Of a stretch of DNA of 64,000 nucleotides, positions 38,183-51,358 are shown in pieces (position 1 is the stretch's first letter; every line of letters begins with the position of its first letter). Below the pieces are notes generated by a model that made no database searches, was not told the origin of the DNA, and worked only from the letters and a program-made list of their open reading frames with translations. The position numbers were made by a program, and so were the translations under genes. The stretch is taken from contig OZ076413.1 of NCBI GenBank assembly GCA_964187785.1, positions 45,882,001 to 45,946,000 of the forward strand, read 5' to 3'. This DNA comes from Amphiscolops sp. MND2022. Lineage: Eukaryota.

Positions 38183-39742
38183 GAATCTAGGAAAACTCGT
38201 CGAAAACAACTCGCCGAAAACAACTCGTCAAAAACAACTCACCGAAATTAAAGGGCGGAAACCTCGTCGAAAAGCAACTCGCCGAAAACACAACAGCGGA
38301 AAGCTCGTCGAATACCAAAGTGAACTAACCTCAGTCAAGCAGATAATTGATTCAGCCATAGTAAAATATAATATTCAAAGTAAGCGTCTTAGAGGACGCA
38401 CATGTGAACTAATTATTTTTGATTCACAGTGAAGCTGGTTTTCGAACAAGCGGCACTATTTTCAAGCGGAAATTAGAAAACAACTTCAAACACCAGTCAA
38501 TAACTTTTTCTCCACAGCATTGAGTTTCAACGTACACGTGTAAGAAGAAGATACAACTACAGCGTGCGTGCGTAAAACAGATGTGTCAATCAAAATGCTG
38601 ATTGTGCGTTGAGTTTTCGATAATAGTGTTCCTAAGCATTGAAAAATGAATGAACTTGGACAAGTGGTAATGTCTACGCCGCCAATGTGTGATGTCCGAG
38701 TTCAAGCGTAGTGTTTGGCAATTTTTCATTGAAATTACGGAAATGGATAAGCCCGATTCCCTAAAATTCCTTTTTCCGGGATCGTGGGGTGTCGGGTTGA
38801 GGCGAGCAGGGAATAGAAAAAACATTGAAAACGCCCTGATTCCTGTGTCATAATATGGGCTCTCAAATCGTACTTTTTCAAAATTTTGGATTATTTTAAG
38901 CAATTAAATTACAATAATTGAGTACATATACATGCTCGAGTATTTCAAAATAGTGTATCTTTTCGTGGAGTGGCACGAAAGCTAGGGCGGGAAACAAAGA
39001 GATCTTTTCAGGGAAAATTTTTTTGGAAGTTGCACTTTAGCACTGTCATGTAGCTGCAGAGAAACAGAGCCGATTATGCACTGCGGCATCATATCAGAGG
39101 TCGTTGTTAATTCGTCCTTTTTTGTGAGTGCTTTCAGTACTTCAATTCTTGCAGCATCAGGGGCATGATTGTGGGTGCTGATGTCTTTCACGACGGTATC
39201 GCAATACACAAGGATTCCTGATGAGCAAGTGCCTCTGTTTTCACATCTCCAATACGTGGTACCTTGTTATTCTCTATCTTTTAGATAGTCAAATTGATTG
39301 AACATTAGTTTTTTGACTTTTGCGAGTTCACGTATTCAATTCTCATGTTGAATGATTTCGATTGATAATAATAAAGTAGAATGAAAGCAATATAAGCAAC
39401 GTTAGTGATTTGGATTTTTGAAACTAATAATTTTGGCAAAGTTATATCTCCTTTCAATTAGCTTCTTTAGTTTTCATTTTATTATTTCCTTTTATATTTT
39501 TTTATTTTATATTTTCATTTCGGAGTTATATTTAACAGGAACATTTGGCAGCAATTATGAATATTACCCGAGACGCGTGTGGATGTGGTATTTGTGCTTA
39601 ATTGGCGTTGTTTAATTATTCGGCGAGTTTGCACTTCTTTGTTTTTCGACGAGCTAATATTCGACGAGTTTTCCTACCTCTCTTATCGGCGAGTTGTTTT
39701 CGACGAGTTGTTTTCGGCGAGTAGTTTTCGACGAGTTTTCCG
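38183..39742 (-). mobile_element. Second MULE copy with a larger internal deletion
   Basis: Reverse complement of 9581-11566; keeps FLYWCH but lacks the segment equivalent to ~10321-10826 (DGTF...CFFH). Confidence 0.85.
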
Positions 39743-42035
39743 TAATAGCGTCATTATTAATTTGACGACATAGCGTCATATGTAATCATGATTCAGACTT
39801 ATTTACTGCCGTTTTGAGGTCTTAATCCTACAATTACTTTGCGAAACTTAAAGATATCTTGAAACGTTAAGGAACTTCAAGGGTTTTTTAGGTTTCCAGA
39901 TACATTAGACCGGTTGTTGTAGTGTAACTATCGATTTCCATTGTGGACGCCAATTGATTGTCAAGCTGTGTTGCCATTGTCGAATTTATGCAAGTGTGAT
40001 TTTACAATATTACCCGAATACCATTTCTCAGTGTAACATCAGATTGTTGCCTGTAAATAAGACTGTAAGGCCGATATATTCAAAACTTAGAAATGCGATC
40101 AAGTTTTTGGGTTTTTAGGTTTGCCCCTGGAAATTTTCAGGTACAAATGTTGTTTCACCACCAATTTTATTCTTTTAAGATGCTCTTCATCTGTTTCCAG
40201 AGAATTTCAAAGTGTTTTGCGTTTTTTTTCCTTTGACTTGTCTGCATGGATGGATAATTTTATTGACATTTTGGGAAGTTTCGTTAGTTTAATCGCACTC
40301 TCTTTGGTGTCATTTTTTTTGAAGAGATCCAATTATTGAGCCTTTTGAAGCAGCAATTATTTGAGTTGACATGTCGCATGGAAGATAAATTAGTACTGGC
40401 AAAGGTCAACTGTTTCATGAATCTGTAACCTTTTGAAGAAATTGAACAGATTCTTTTATCACCTAACACCCATATATATATATATAGTTTGTTGGAGTAT
40501 TTTTAGTAATTGCTGGTAACTTGGAATACGTTATAGTAATTGTTTGGCTCTGTAAAGATCTGCAAAACTCTACAGATCTGTACAGATTGCTGCAGAAAAA
40601 TGTTTCATCATTTTGCCATAAATGAGACTTCTCTCCAGTTTTAAACACTTTTAATATTCGTTTGACATCTCTGTGGGGTTTTTATTGTATATCTGAGTAC
40701 GTCAGTTTTTTTTCGAATCTGCACATATCTGCAAAGATCTGCAAAAATTCTGCAGATCTGCACATATCTGCAAAGATCTGCAAAAATCCTGCAGATCTGC
40801 ACAGATTCGCAAAGATCGAAAACCTGGGTACTCTCTTCCCAATCTTCTTTTTATCATTATTACTCTACCTATTTAGGAAGGACTCTGATTGCTACAATTT
40901 TTGTCACAAGTTAAGTTTTTCGGACCAAGAATCAAACATTCAATTTATGATTGAATTCAAAGTTCTATGAAATTCGAATGAAAAGAAATTTTTCGCGAAA
41001 ATTGCGAAACCAGTAATTGGTCTTAAGTTTTGGCACTGGAAGTGTACAGAGTGAAAAATCAATCTCTCATATTGCATTTTTTAACAATATTTGATACAAC
41101 CTTAACATAATCAAACCTAATCAAAAAAATATTGCCTCAATAACAAACATGTTGTTTCACATTTACTAAAAGGGTGCCTAGATGCCAACCGAGTTAACAA
41201 TTAGTTAAAACTGAAGGCGTTTGAAACTCATGTGCAGAGATTTTTTGAAAAAGAAAGAATTTTTCATGATCATGTTCGATCAACTGAATTTCACTTGTTT
41301 CTCTTGAGCTTCATAACAGTAGTTCAATTCTGGCATCTTTTCGCCGCATGAAAATGTTTTGACATTTTTGCTTTTCTTTCAGTCCACGCTGTTTATGGGA
41401 ATGAAAGGAGTAACAGCGAATGCTTTTCTGTTGGAGTTTTTTTGTGAGTTCTCAGTTACGCAAGTTGAACATCATAGTGTTTTTCTATTTAAAACCGAAC
41501 TGACGTGAAATGGTACACTATACAGTAATAATTTTAGAAAAAGCAACATAATGCAAATTTCAAAATTGAATTTCTCAAAAACGGCAGTGCTTTTGAAAAT
41601 TAGTATAAGTAAAAGTTTCTTCTATTTTCATCTAGTTACGAATATATTTCTTTGAAATTCAAATTCATGCAATTATTCAAATTATGCAATGAAAAGTTTA
41701 AAAGTTACGATAGGCCATTTTTTAGCTAATTTTAGTTCAAAATTGAGGTTTTTCTCACAAGTTTTTGATGAAAGTTGGTTCATCGTTCAAGAGCAACAAA
41801 CGAATTCATGAGCCTGAGTGTTAATTGGTTATGGTACTTTGCCATACCTGGAAACCTTTTAGTCCATAAAAAGACGAAATTACGGTCATTGTATGATTTG
41901 AACGTTATTTTCTTTTGCATGGTCATTGTATGATTCAGCTGATTTCATACATCATCATATATGAGTTTTTCGATATCGTCTGTACGCAATTCAACTTGAG
42001 AGTATAAAAACTGGCTCAAGTACTCAAAAGCTGAG

Positions 42036-42103
42036 ATGAAAATTTTGTTGATGAGAAGACGGCGGTATGTATACCGCCGACTTCTTATCAACAAAATTTT
42101 CAT
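42036..42103. repeat. 68-bp near-perfect palindrome
   Basis: ATGAAAATTTTGTTGATGAGAAGACGGCGGTAT-GT-ATACCGCCGACTTCTTATCAACAAAATTTTCAT, 2 arm mismatches. Confidence 0.9.
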
Positions 42104-43629
42104 TGCAACAAAGTCCTCATTTATCAACAAAGTTCTCATGGTGTCAAAAAGCATCCAAATCTCAAACCTACAAACAAGAATTTTACTATTGCAATTCACT
42201 AATGATGTAAGAATTTGCGAAAACGAATGCAAACTTCTACTGATTCACAAAGGTTGATTTTGATACAGAATTGTGCCTGAAATCCGGTTTTGTATTCACA
42301 AGGATCGGTCCAATTATCATGACGGCCCCTGACAACTCTTTTCAGCAAAATATGGCTAAAGGAAATAATTTCCAACATTTTACAATGACCTAAAAGGCGA
42401 TTTTAATTCATAGTCCATAAAGTCGATTTTCGTAGTCACTTTTGAAGGGCCAAAACTAGAAGTTTCGACCACGGGTCACGGGGCTAAAGACAAGTACACC
42501 ATTTGAAAGCACAGTTGAAGGGCTACAAAAGCTTAAATTTTGGTAAGCTTCCTATTTCTACTCCTTCATGTTGAAAAACGCCCTTAAAGTTTGGCAGTCA
42601 AAAATTACTTATCAACTTTCACGCAAATCTCAAATTTGGAGGGCTCGTACTCTGTCAATTCAAGAGATACAGGCTGGAAGCCTATATACATCGTTAGCCC
42701 AAGGGACTAGAAGTATTTTGCATTTTAGATGAAGTCTCTAGCTTGTTTCAACCAAATTTGGTGACGCTTTTTCTGAAAGGGGTCATTTTTCGATTTTTAG
42801 TGACCTGACCTCCAACTTTAGAGGTCAATATCTCAACACCAGGTCATTTTTCGGAACAATGCTCCTTCTAAACGCTGTGCGCCAGACTCGTGTGCGTCTA
42901 CCCTGAAAAGTTCAGCTCAATATCGTCTAAAACGTGCGGAGGGGGGTTAGCAATTTGGTAAGTCGATTTCAGTACTGACAACAAAATTTCTCTACTTTCA
43001 ATTCTTGGGGGTTTCTCGCTAGCGCGCCGCAGCACTCTATTTATTATTTCATTCACTCCTTGACTTCAATTCTCATATATGCTGCAAAGGAGGCGGCTAT
43101 TGTGCGCTTATTCGTTGAGTACTAAGCAATAACACGCGAAAAACGGCTATTTAGGCCATTTTAAGGCCTTTTTAACGTTTGCTGGGTCAAGTCTAAAAAC
43201 TACTGAATATTATTTATTTTCCATTTGACACAAGTTAGGACATTCATTTATCTTCAATTTAAGCTATATCCGAACATTTTCTGACATTTGTAGCGATCAC
43301 ACGAAATTTTTAAAGAAAACTCATTTTTGGAAAATGGTCAAAATTTTATATGCACTCATTTTCAGAGCCGCCGCCCCACATGCCCCCGTGCCGCACAAAG
43401 CTCATATTCTCAACTTAAGCTCTCCATTGGACGGGCTGTCGAATGCTGAAAACCGTTTCCGGCTATCTTTTTCCAACTTTGAGAAATCGGGTTTTGATTT
43501 TTAATTTCTATTAAGAGAGGAGTTAATTCAAAGAGTGCGGCGGCCGTTTTCTTATTAGCTACGCGTACAGCCACTCACAGCGCAATCTTATTTTCATTCC
43601 TTTTGCTTTCTGACACGCTTTATGCTTCG

Positions 43630-44724
43630 GTGAGTTGCATTCAATGCTTATACCGCGCACTGCGAAATTTCACTCTCGCATACCCTCAAATACACATATT
43701 AACCCAGGGATTTGACTGAATTCTGTACACCGTGAAAAGTGGCTTCATCGTCTAATTCTTGTTCTTTAAAATACACTACTGATTACTCAATACGTAGTCA
43801 GGGTGTGGTTGACCGTATGAATGATATTTATAATGGTTTTAATGCTAACAACACTGTTTCTGACTTTACTATAATTCATGAATTTTGGCCGCGTTTTTGT
43901 ACTATTTCCCCTGTTAATTTTAATAAAATTCCTCCCCCACAGCATTGCATTCTTGCCGGCATGAATGCTCAGCCTAGAGGCGTTTTAAAGCAGCTTTCCG
44001 TTAAATCTGATTTTACTTGGACCGATTTTGAAAATGTTCCTCATCATCCTTTAATTACTATTACGAAAGGCCAGGATTAATCCGTAACTCGCGAATTTAT
44101 TAATTCCATGCAGGAAGATATGGATTTTGCTTACTGTCTTACATATTTTCCATTTACTGATCAAATTGTAACTAGTTGTGTAGGTTTATTGGTGCAAGGC
44201 CCTTGGTTTTCGTATGCGCATATTGAAGTTCGAGGAGGAGCTTCTTATGCACTTTTGCATACGAGAATTAAAATATGGTGCGCAACCACTACTAATAGTT
44301 CTTCTCGTTTATTAGAACGTTGCTGTAATAATGCTACTAGTTTCACTGATTTCTTCCAAAGGGGGCCGCGTGAACGGGAGTTATTCAAGATTTACCATTC
44401 AACGGCCGGGGATTTAATTTACGTTCCTAGTTTGCGACCTCATGACGTCCTAACCCTAGATACATGTAAGCCAACAATGTTATCGGGGTGGGACGCTTCT
44501 ACCATTCGCTGATTTGACTATCATCACGAGAACATTGGACGAGTACAATGTGAGAGTTCGACGTGGCACCTGGAGGAAAATCTACGGACACAGGGCAAAG
44601 AGGCATTACGAAATTGGGTGTTTGCTCCAGTGGTGAGCCCTCAAGAATCAAAAGAGCAGTTACGCTAGCACTGGGTTTATTGGGAGACTTATTGTCCGCA
44701 TTTACCCACTAATTTATCCATTTA
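43630..44724 (+). pseudogene. Intronless JmjC-domain (Fe(II)/2OG dioxygenase, KDM2/KDM7-like) gene with stops and frameshifts
   Basis: ORFs 43739 and 44108 are in one frame, split by a single TAA. Motifs SYAHIEVRGGASYALLHTRIKIWC (HxE at 44219) and FTIQRPG/GDLIYVPSLRPHDVLTLD (distal His at 44441). The C-terminus continues in shifted frames to ~44724; AATAAA at ~44793. Confidence 0.75.
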
Positions 44725-45149
44725 ACTCTTTTATTTAATCAGTTGATATCACCCCCGGTTCGTTTTCATAAACCTTGCTGAGTAATATTTTAAATAAACA
44801 TCATTTCAAATGTGTAAAAGGTCAAAAATCCTACATGACGCGGCATAAAATTTTTGAGCATGAAAACTTCACTAGGCAGCTCAAGAGCATATAAAACTTT
44901 TGAGCACTTTCAACTAGGGAAAACCCTGAAAACCAAATACCCAGGTTTTTTGAGATGCATTCGATCAAGTGTTTTTTTTTCGTGAGTAATGTTCAGAATA
45001 GAGTGTATCTAATATCCAAACATTAATAACCTTCAACGCTTTAGATTTATTTCACTGTTGAATTTACCGTTCCTTATAGCTCCGTGAATCTTAAGTCTTA
45101 TCTTGTTGCCAAATGCCTTTAATGGTGTACTTTTTTTGCCCAAACCCTT

Positions 45150-45438
45150 TCGCATCTTTCAACATCAATTGTCGCAAAACATCAAAAAATTGAAGGGGGA
45201 CCCTTTGATTTTTTTTCCGAAAAAAGTCTCACAATGCCGAAAAAACTGAAAGAGGGACGCTTTAGTTACTCCCGGTATTGTGTGTTACGCGGAAAAAGAG
45301 GAAAAACCATTTTGGTTCAGTTCATAATATTTTGTAGAACTTTCAAAAACTATTTTGGTCAGTTCGTGCGCATTGGAAAAAAATTAAAAGGAGTCACTAT
45401 AACAGTCGCGTTTCACTTCATGAAGCGCCGACTGAAAA
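45150..45438. mobile_element. Partial HINE-like repeat, opposite orientation to 11826-12492
   Basis: Ends CACTATAACAGTCGCGTTTCACTTCATGAAGCGCCGACTGAAAA. Confidence 0.6.
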
Positions 45439-46323
45439 TTAGTTAAAACCTAAAGTTCGTTGTAATCTAAAAATGTAATTTAAAGATGTATATTTTTTAC
45501 CTTGATACGAAAATATTTTAGTCTTAGTTTTTCTTTTTAATGAATAATAGTTGTCAAGCGAGAAACGCTGAAAAATTTCACAAGTTTCTAATTGTTTAGT
45601 TCTTGTTGGTATCGAGCCATTAAGAGGAAATCTCGAACTCTGTCTTAGAAGATGACAAGCCATAATGAGTTGGTAAAAATGGTTGTCAGATTTGAGCTAG
45701 AGGCATGAATAATTATCCCAAAAATAATCTCAGTAGGATCGTTTTTGACAGGAAGTTTCCGACAGCCCTGATTTTAGGAGGGACTAATATCGAATGAAAA
45801 GATCAATTTGTCAAAAAAAAGTGGCATTTGAGCCCAAAAAACAATCTAGATCATCATTATTGTGACAATTGTATAATTTTTTGTCCTGGAGCGATGAATA
45901 AATTACACTGTGCAAATAACTTTTCTCAAAAGTGCTCATGTATAAAAATTTTTGAGTGCGATTGACACTGCAGCTAATATTTTTCTAAAATTTGACAGCA
46001 ATTTAAGAAATTTGACATTTTAAAAAATATTGCACTATATGACAAGAAAAGACTACATTCGAGAACCAATGTATAAATGTATGTATTTGACTTGTCTTCC
46101 CAATAGACGTTCTCACAATTCATTCATGCTAAAAACTGAGTCTTCGAAAGTAACACTGATTGATGTTTTCAAAGACTATCAAAAACCACTTGCAAATTGC
46201 CAACACTGTTTGAAGAAAAATTAGGGAACACTACCATTTATACAAGTTCCAAGTTTTCTCAATTGCTCTGTGTATGTTGACGCCAATAGTTAGTTTTGGA
46301 AAAATACCTTGGTGAAACAAAAG

Positions 46324-46952
46324 ATTACCAGAAATTTGGTCGTCGGAAATTTCGTCGTCAGAATTTTCGTCGTCGGTGATTACGTTCTATAAAACGTTGA
46401 CTTCATTCTCTCTAATCCATTGAGAATCTTCTTCTTATTGAGTCTTAATTGTTACCGATCATTGTACAATTATTACTATCATTGACTATTTTTAGTAATG
46501 GTTTTGAGAGGAAAATTTTTGGACTATGTACCTTATGCTCCCCGGATACACCTTGTTTTTTTATCCCCCCAAAATGAAGTTGTTTCGACACTTCAAGCAA
46601 ACAGAATTGTTTGATAATTTTTAAACGAAAAAGCTAAAATTTTCCCTGGAACAAGCTCAAATTATTTTGTAAACTTCAGCTAAGTAGTTCCAACGGTAGG
46701 ACTGAAAATATACCTTTGCTCAATAAGCGTCTCGGTGAGTTGATTGAAAGCAATTACCTTTTCGAATCAATTTTGGTGTCAAAATGAAACTTGTTCCTAA
46801 GATCTCATTTAGATAATTAAATAATTGAATAATTCAAATGATTTCTTTTTGTGAACATTGTTAATTTTAATCAAAACGACGAAATTCCTGACGACGAAGT
46901 TTCTGGATTTGCCAATACGACAAAATTTCCTACGACGAAGTTTTCCCTGGAA
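46324..46952. mobile_element. Foldback/MULE-like element with inverted AAATTTCGTCGTC arrays
   Basis: Three TCGTCG units at 46335-46377 face four ACGAC(G)AAA units at 46873-46945. Boundaries approximate. Confidence 0.5.
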
Positions 46953-46967
46953 TATTCACTGGAAATC

Positions 46968-47150
46968 GGTGAAAAACAATACCAAAAGTGTTGCACAATG
47001 GCGAGAAAACCAAAAGAAGGGTTTTTTAGGCGGGGCTTCGATCTAGGCCGCTTGTTGATATCAACAAGCGGCTCAGATCGAAGCCCCGCCTAAAGATTCT
47101 TCTTTGGGTTTTCTCGCCATTGTGCAACTCTTTCGGTATTGCTTTTCACC
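46968..47150. repeat. ~183-bp palindrome centred on GATATC (47057-47062)
   Basis: GGTGAAAA..TTGCACAATGGCGAGAAAACC..AGGCGGGGCTTCGATCT..GCCGCTTGTTGAT is mirrored with scattered mismatches. Confidence 0.9.
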
Positions 47151-47212
47151 AATTATTCTACCCGAGGCGCAAATTGTGAAAGGGACGGGAAATGGCTGTA
47201 CAGAAAGCGTTT

Positions 47213-47286
47213 TGTAGAAGGTTTAGAAAATTCGAGATATCGTAACACATGCGTTACGAGATCTCGAATTTTCAAAACCTTCTACA
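47213..47286. repeat. 74-bp palindrome
   Basis: TGTAGAAGGTTTAGAAAATTCGAGATATCGTAACACA / TGCGTTACGAGATCTCGAATTTTCAAAACCTTCTACA, 3 mismatches. Confidence 0.9.
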
Positions 47287-47589
47287 CGTTATATTTGAAA
47301 CTGTATTACTGTAGCTTAATTTGGAAGGATGCAATTTTGGTGTAAATCAATTCGAAGTCACAATTTTCTACGTTCAACAATTACTGCGTTATCCAATTAT
47401 GAGTATTCAGAATGATTTTTTTAAACTGCGGACATTTCACTGGAAGCTGAAGAGAACAATTCACACCCTCTTAAGATTCGATTCACTAAGCATTGGTGCA
47501 TTTTCCCATTGATATATTTATGTGCCTTTGATAAATATGAATGCGATCATTTATTGATGACAAATCAATTGGGATCCTGGGGTCCCAAC

Positions 47590-48533
47590 TAGGGTTGTTA
47601 GATTTAGATCAATTGACTTATATCAAATCAAAGCTGTGCGTGAATAAATCCGATTTAAATCAAATGTTTTAATTGACCATTAGAAAATCAGCAAAGGTCA
47701 CAAGCATCATTTCACACATAACATTGTTGAAACTCCTTGAGTTTATCAAAAATATGTCAACTTTACTTGAAAGAGGGAAGTTGATAATATTATAATTTTT
47801 ATACTATGTTTATACAGTTAGCATATATTTAACCTTCTATATCAAACGTATCACACAGATTGAAATGTCACGACGAGAACAAGACAACATTTGGAAACAT
47901 TTCGAACGTCGAAAAAAGCTATATTCAAATATTTTGAGCAGCATTTCAAGTGGATTTAATAGGTGAATAAGCGAAGCGCAAGCAACAGTCCCTGTCAAGT
48001 GTTCATTACCTCTGCTTCCTTCTCGATCCTCGATTTGTCAGCATGGATATTCTGGTGCAAGATGAGAAAAATATGGCATTTGAGCTCGCTCGAGAATTGT
48101 ATCCCGATTTGCTGGCGACAATAATGCAATTCAAGGTTAGAGAGGGACCCTTCAACGCCCATTATTGTGAAGCAGCATCTTCGATATCGCCAGCAGCTTG
48201 GTGGAAACTGATATCAATTGATCTAGTTCTGAATGAAATTATCCGAAGGATTATTGCATGTTACCCATCAACAGCACCTCTAGTGCGTCTTTTTTCAACA
48301 AGTTTTGGCGTGGTCCATACAAATGAGAAAAATCGACTGGGCATCAAAAAGTCCGGAAAACTCGTTTCCTGTTTCAAAGTTTTAAATTTAATTGTTGCAA
48401 TTTAATCTTGCAAACATCGCAATTTCTTCAAAAAAAATAAAAATATCGTCATTTTCGATTTAAATCGAATTAAAATCAAAAGAATTGGATTTTTTTGATT
48501 TTTTAAAAAATATCCGATTTTTTTACAACCCTA
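47590..48533 (+). mobile_element. Internally deleted hAT transposon
   Basis: TIR TAGGGTTGT/ACAACCCTA; TSD GTCCCAAC/ATCCCAAC (7/8); ATTTAAATC subterminal repeats. Confidence 0.9.
47864..48405 (+). pseudogene. hAT transposase remnant (N-terminal stub plus C-terminal dimerisation domain)
   Basis: MSRREQDNIWKHF (BED-finger-like start), LLDPRF, and AAWW...PSTAPLVRLFSTSFGVVHTNEKNRLG. Confidence 0.8.
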
Positions 48534-50430
48534 ATCCCAACTCGGGTTTATTTTGGATTATTACTACTATCATTCAAAATTGAAAACACTTCACATGATA
48601 AATTGCATTTTGAGATAAACTTCATGTTACTCGGTAATAAAAATCGTGGCTGGTTTTCAATGAAACATGTTATTGAAAGTAACTTTAAGTTTTATAAGTT
48701 TTATAAACTTTGTGATCCAATAACAACAGAGCAACGCCCTGGGGCTCTTCACTCAAGCTCTTTGAAATAGTTTCTAGTTATTACAGTTGTGTTTTTAATC
48801 AAATAAAGAATGTTCATAAATTCGGTTCCTTCTAAAAGGTTCAATGAAACTTCACACCATTTCAAATTTCGATATTTTCACGCCTGGTTAGACAAGTTAG
48901 AAATCACTTCCGAATTTGTAAGGTGTGAAAAGTTCAAGATCTCGTGTGAACAAACATAAGGTAATCCCATACACCATTAACATGCCTCATAATGAATTCA
49001 AATAATGTAGGCGAAGTTTCGGGAACGTTTCCAAGGGTTATCTTTCTTGATGGGCAGAACTTGATAAAAGACATTTTAGACATATTACAGGTTTGTTTAT
49101 ATTCGAATGTTCGATTTATAGCATTGTATTAGAATATTCAGCCGGTCAACAGAAACAAGATTTATCGAAGAAACTGAAGTATTTGGAGCTATCTACAGAG
49201 ATCTCGCTGTTCAATACTCTTACAAATTAACATATTATGTCCATTCAACCATTCGCGTGTAAATTTATAATAGTTCATAAAGTTGATTCGTACACTCCGA
49301 ACTGGAAGACGGATTAAGTGGGGTGTGTAATTACCAGAACTTTAGAGCATACCTAGTTGAATAAAAGGAACATTATCGTTTTGGAGACCATACAAAATAC
49401 AGGTATTTAATTGGCCAACTGTTACAGAGTATAAATTTTCAATAGGAATCATGAATTTTCCAGGCTATTGTTTGTCTGCTACATGTAAGTTTTAGAGGCG
49501 TCAAATTCAAAGTGTGGAATTCAAATCGATAGAATAGGACATTAATGTAAATGTACTTTCTGAATATGAATATTTTTCTAAGACACCAGGTCATAAAGGA
49601 AAGTAGGTGTAACGATAAGCGCTGGCGCTTGAACCGCAACTTAGAATGGAGGAACCATAGCAGCGAATAGGATCCGGGACCTAGATCTCCGCGGCCCTAG
49701 CTCATTTTCCCTCCGAAGGAGCCAGTCCCAAGGTGGGGGAACCGTCTTGTTAGAAACTCTCTGGCCTGGTCCTAGTCTGTAATTGCTAAAAGCAACAGGC
49801 ATCTTGCATGACTCAAGACCACTGCTCGACTAGCCTTTAATAAAGGGGGCTGAAAACTAGAGAAGGTTGAGCCATAGTATTGGAGAATCTGATAAAATCG
49901 ACATCGCCAAATTGGGTAAATACAGATGTTAAGGGACAGCTCTCGAGCATATCAATTTACTGCAAGGAAAAACACTATAAAATCAAGAGTTTGAGTCATT
50001 TGATGGAAATTGACCTCGGCTTCCCAGCGCTAGCGCTAGTCACCACACAGGACACCGCAGGGATCTTCAGGCAAGCATCTGGAACACTGGTTTCTGCTAC
50101 TAAAGTAGTGTCAATCTCCCAGGGATGGACACAATACCGTGTTCTACAGAAGGGATAGACGTCTTTACAGTCGTCTCTTGCGCTCGTTCTTCGCGGGCGG
50201 TGACCTCTGCTTGTTGTAGTACGATTTCTGGCAGGTCTTTCACCTTTAACATGTTTAGGTGCCACGTCAGATCTTGAACGAATTCTTGCATCGAAAATTT
50301 CGATATGGGCAGTTGCCGTTACAGTGAATATAGGAAAGTAGGAAAGTAGGGAGCTTGAAAAGTTGAAAAACGCGCAAAAACGAGATAATAGTTGGATGTT
50401 TTTTCCAATGATTTAACGTCAAGCAAGGGG

Positions 50431-50785
50431 CGTACAAACTAGAGCTGGGATAACGCCTTGGTTGCCTTGACAGGAGACTATGGTCTTACTACAACCCTAA
50501 ACATCAGTGTTTGTCCCAAAAGGGGTCTCCTAGTCTCCTAGGGGGACTTTTCTAACGTCGACGACACTCTTCATTTGGAGTTTCGAGGTGATGTGCCGAC
50601 ACACTCAATGTCCGGACACGTCCCACAAGCACGTAAAACCAATCTTAAGGTTACTGCAACTTCTGGCATACTCCCAAAAAGGTCAAAAAGGTAATCATCT
50701 GAAATACATTATGTTGGGTTTGAAGGGCGATAAATACAGTCGATCCACAAGATCACGAATCACTGAATACCTGAAAATTGCAACA
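50431..50785 (+). mobile_element. Probable 3' LTR of the second LTR family
   Basis: Preceded by purine-rich AAGCAAGGGG; homologous to 1625-1921; ends TGCAACA. Confidence 0.45.
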
Positions 50786-51195
50786 AGACAACGATAAAAA
50801 GCCTGGAAAAGATAACATTTGGAAGTTTCAGCGAGTTTTGGATCTCCGGTACATTTTGTACCAAAATTCTATTCTTAATTGGTCTTCCAGAAGCATCTGC
50901 ATTCGATACTGGGTTCAATATGGTACATACGGTGTTGTATCTCGCATTTGGGAAAAGTAATCATTTTTTCGGTGACTTTTGAGCGTTTTTTCAAGTCTTT
51001 TTAGTCGGCGTTTTCGAAGAAAATGCACGACTCTGACAGTGGCTGGTTTTATTTCGTCACTTCAACGCAATCGGTCTACTTTTTTGTTCATTTGTTCATT
51101 ATCATCAACTTGAACTACGGACGTCCAAAACATACTCGAAACGCCAGAAACTCGTCCAAAACAAAAACATCGACGTCCAGAACCTCGCAAACATA

Positions 51196-51358
51196 GGACC
51201 CCCTTTGGTGTTTTTCACTCAGATTTTTTTCGGCAAAGTCCCCCTTTGATTTTTTTTATATTTTGCAACCAGCTGGAGTTTCACAAAGCCCAAAGGGTCC
51301 CCCTTTTACAATTTTGAGCCTTAGATATAGCGCCGACTTTGGCTGTTTCCGGCTTGTT
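51196..51358. mobile_element. Partial HINE-like repeat
   Basis: AAAGGGTCCCCCTTTT...GAGCCTTAGATATAGCGCCGACTTTGGCTGTTTCCGGCTTGTT. Confidence 0.6.

Noticed and set aside
1625..50785. One giant LTR element bounded by 1625-1921 and 50431-50785
   Set aside because: The LTRs are too diverged, 49 kb apart, and have no matching TSD.
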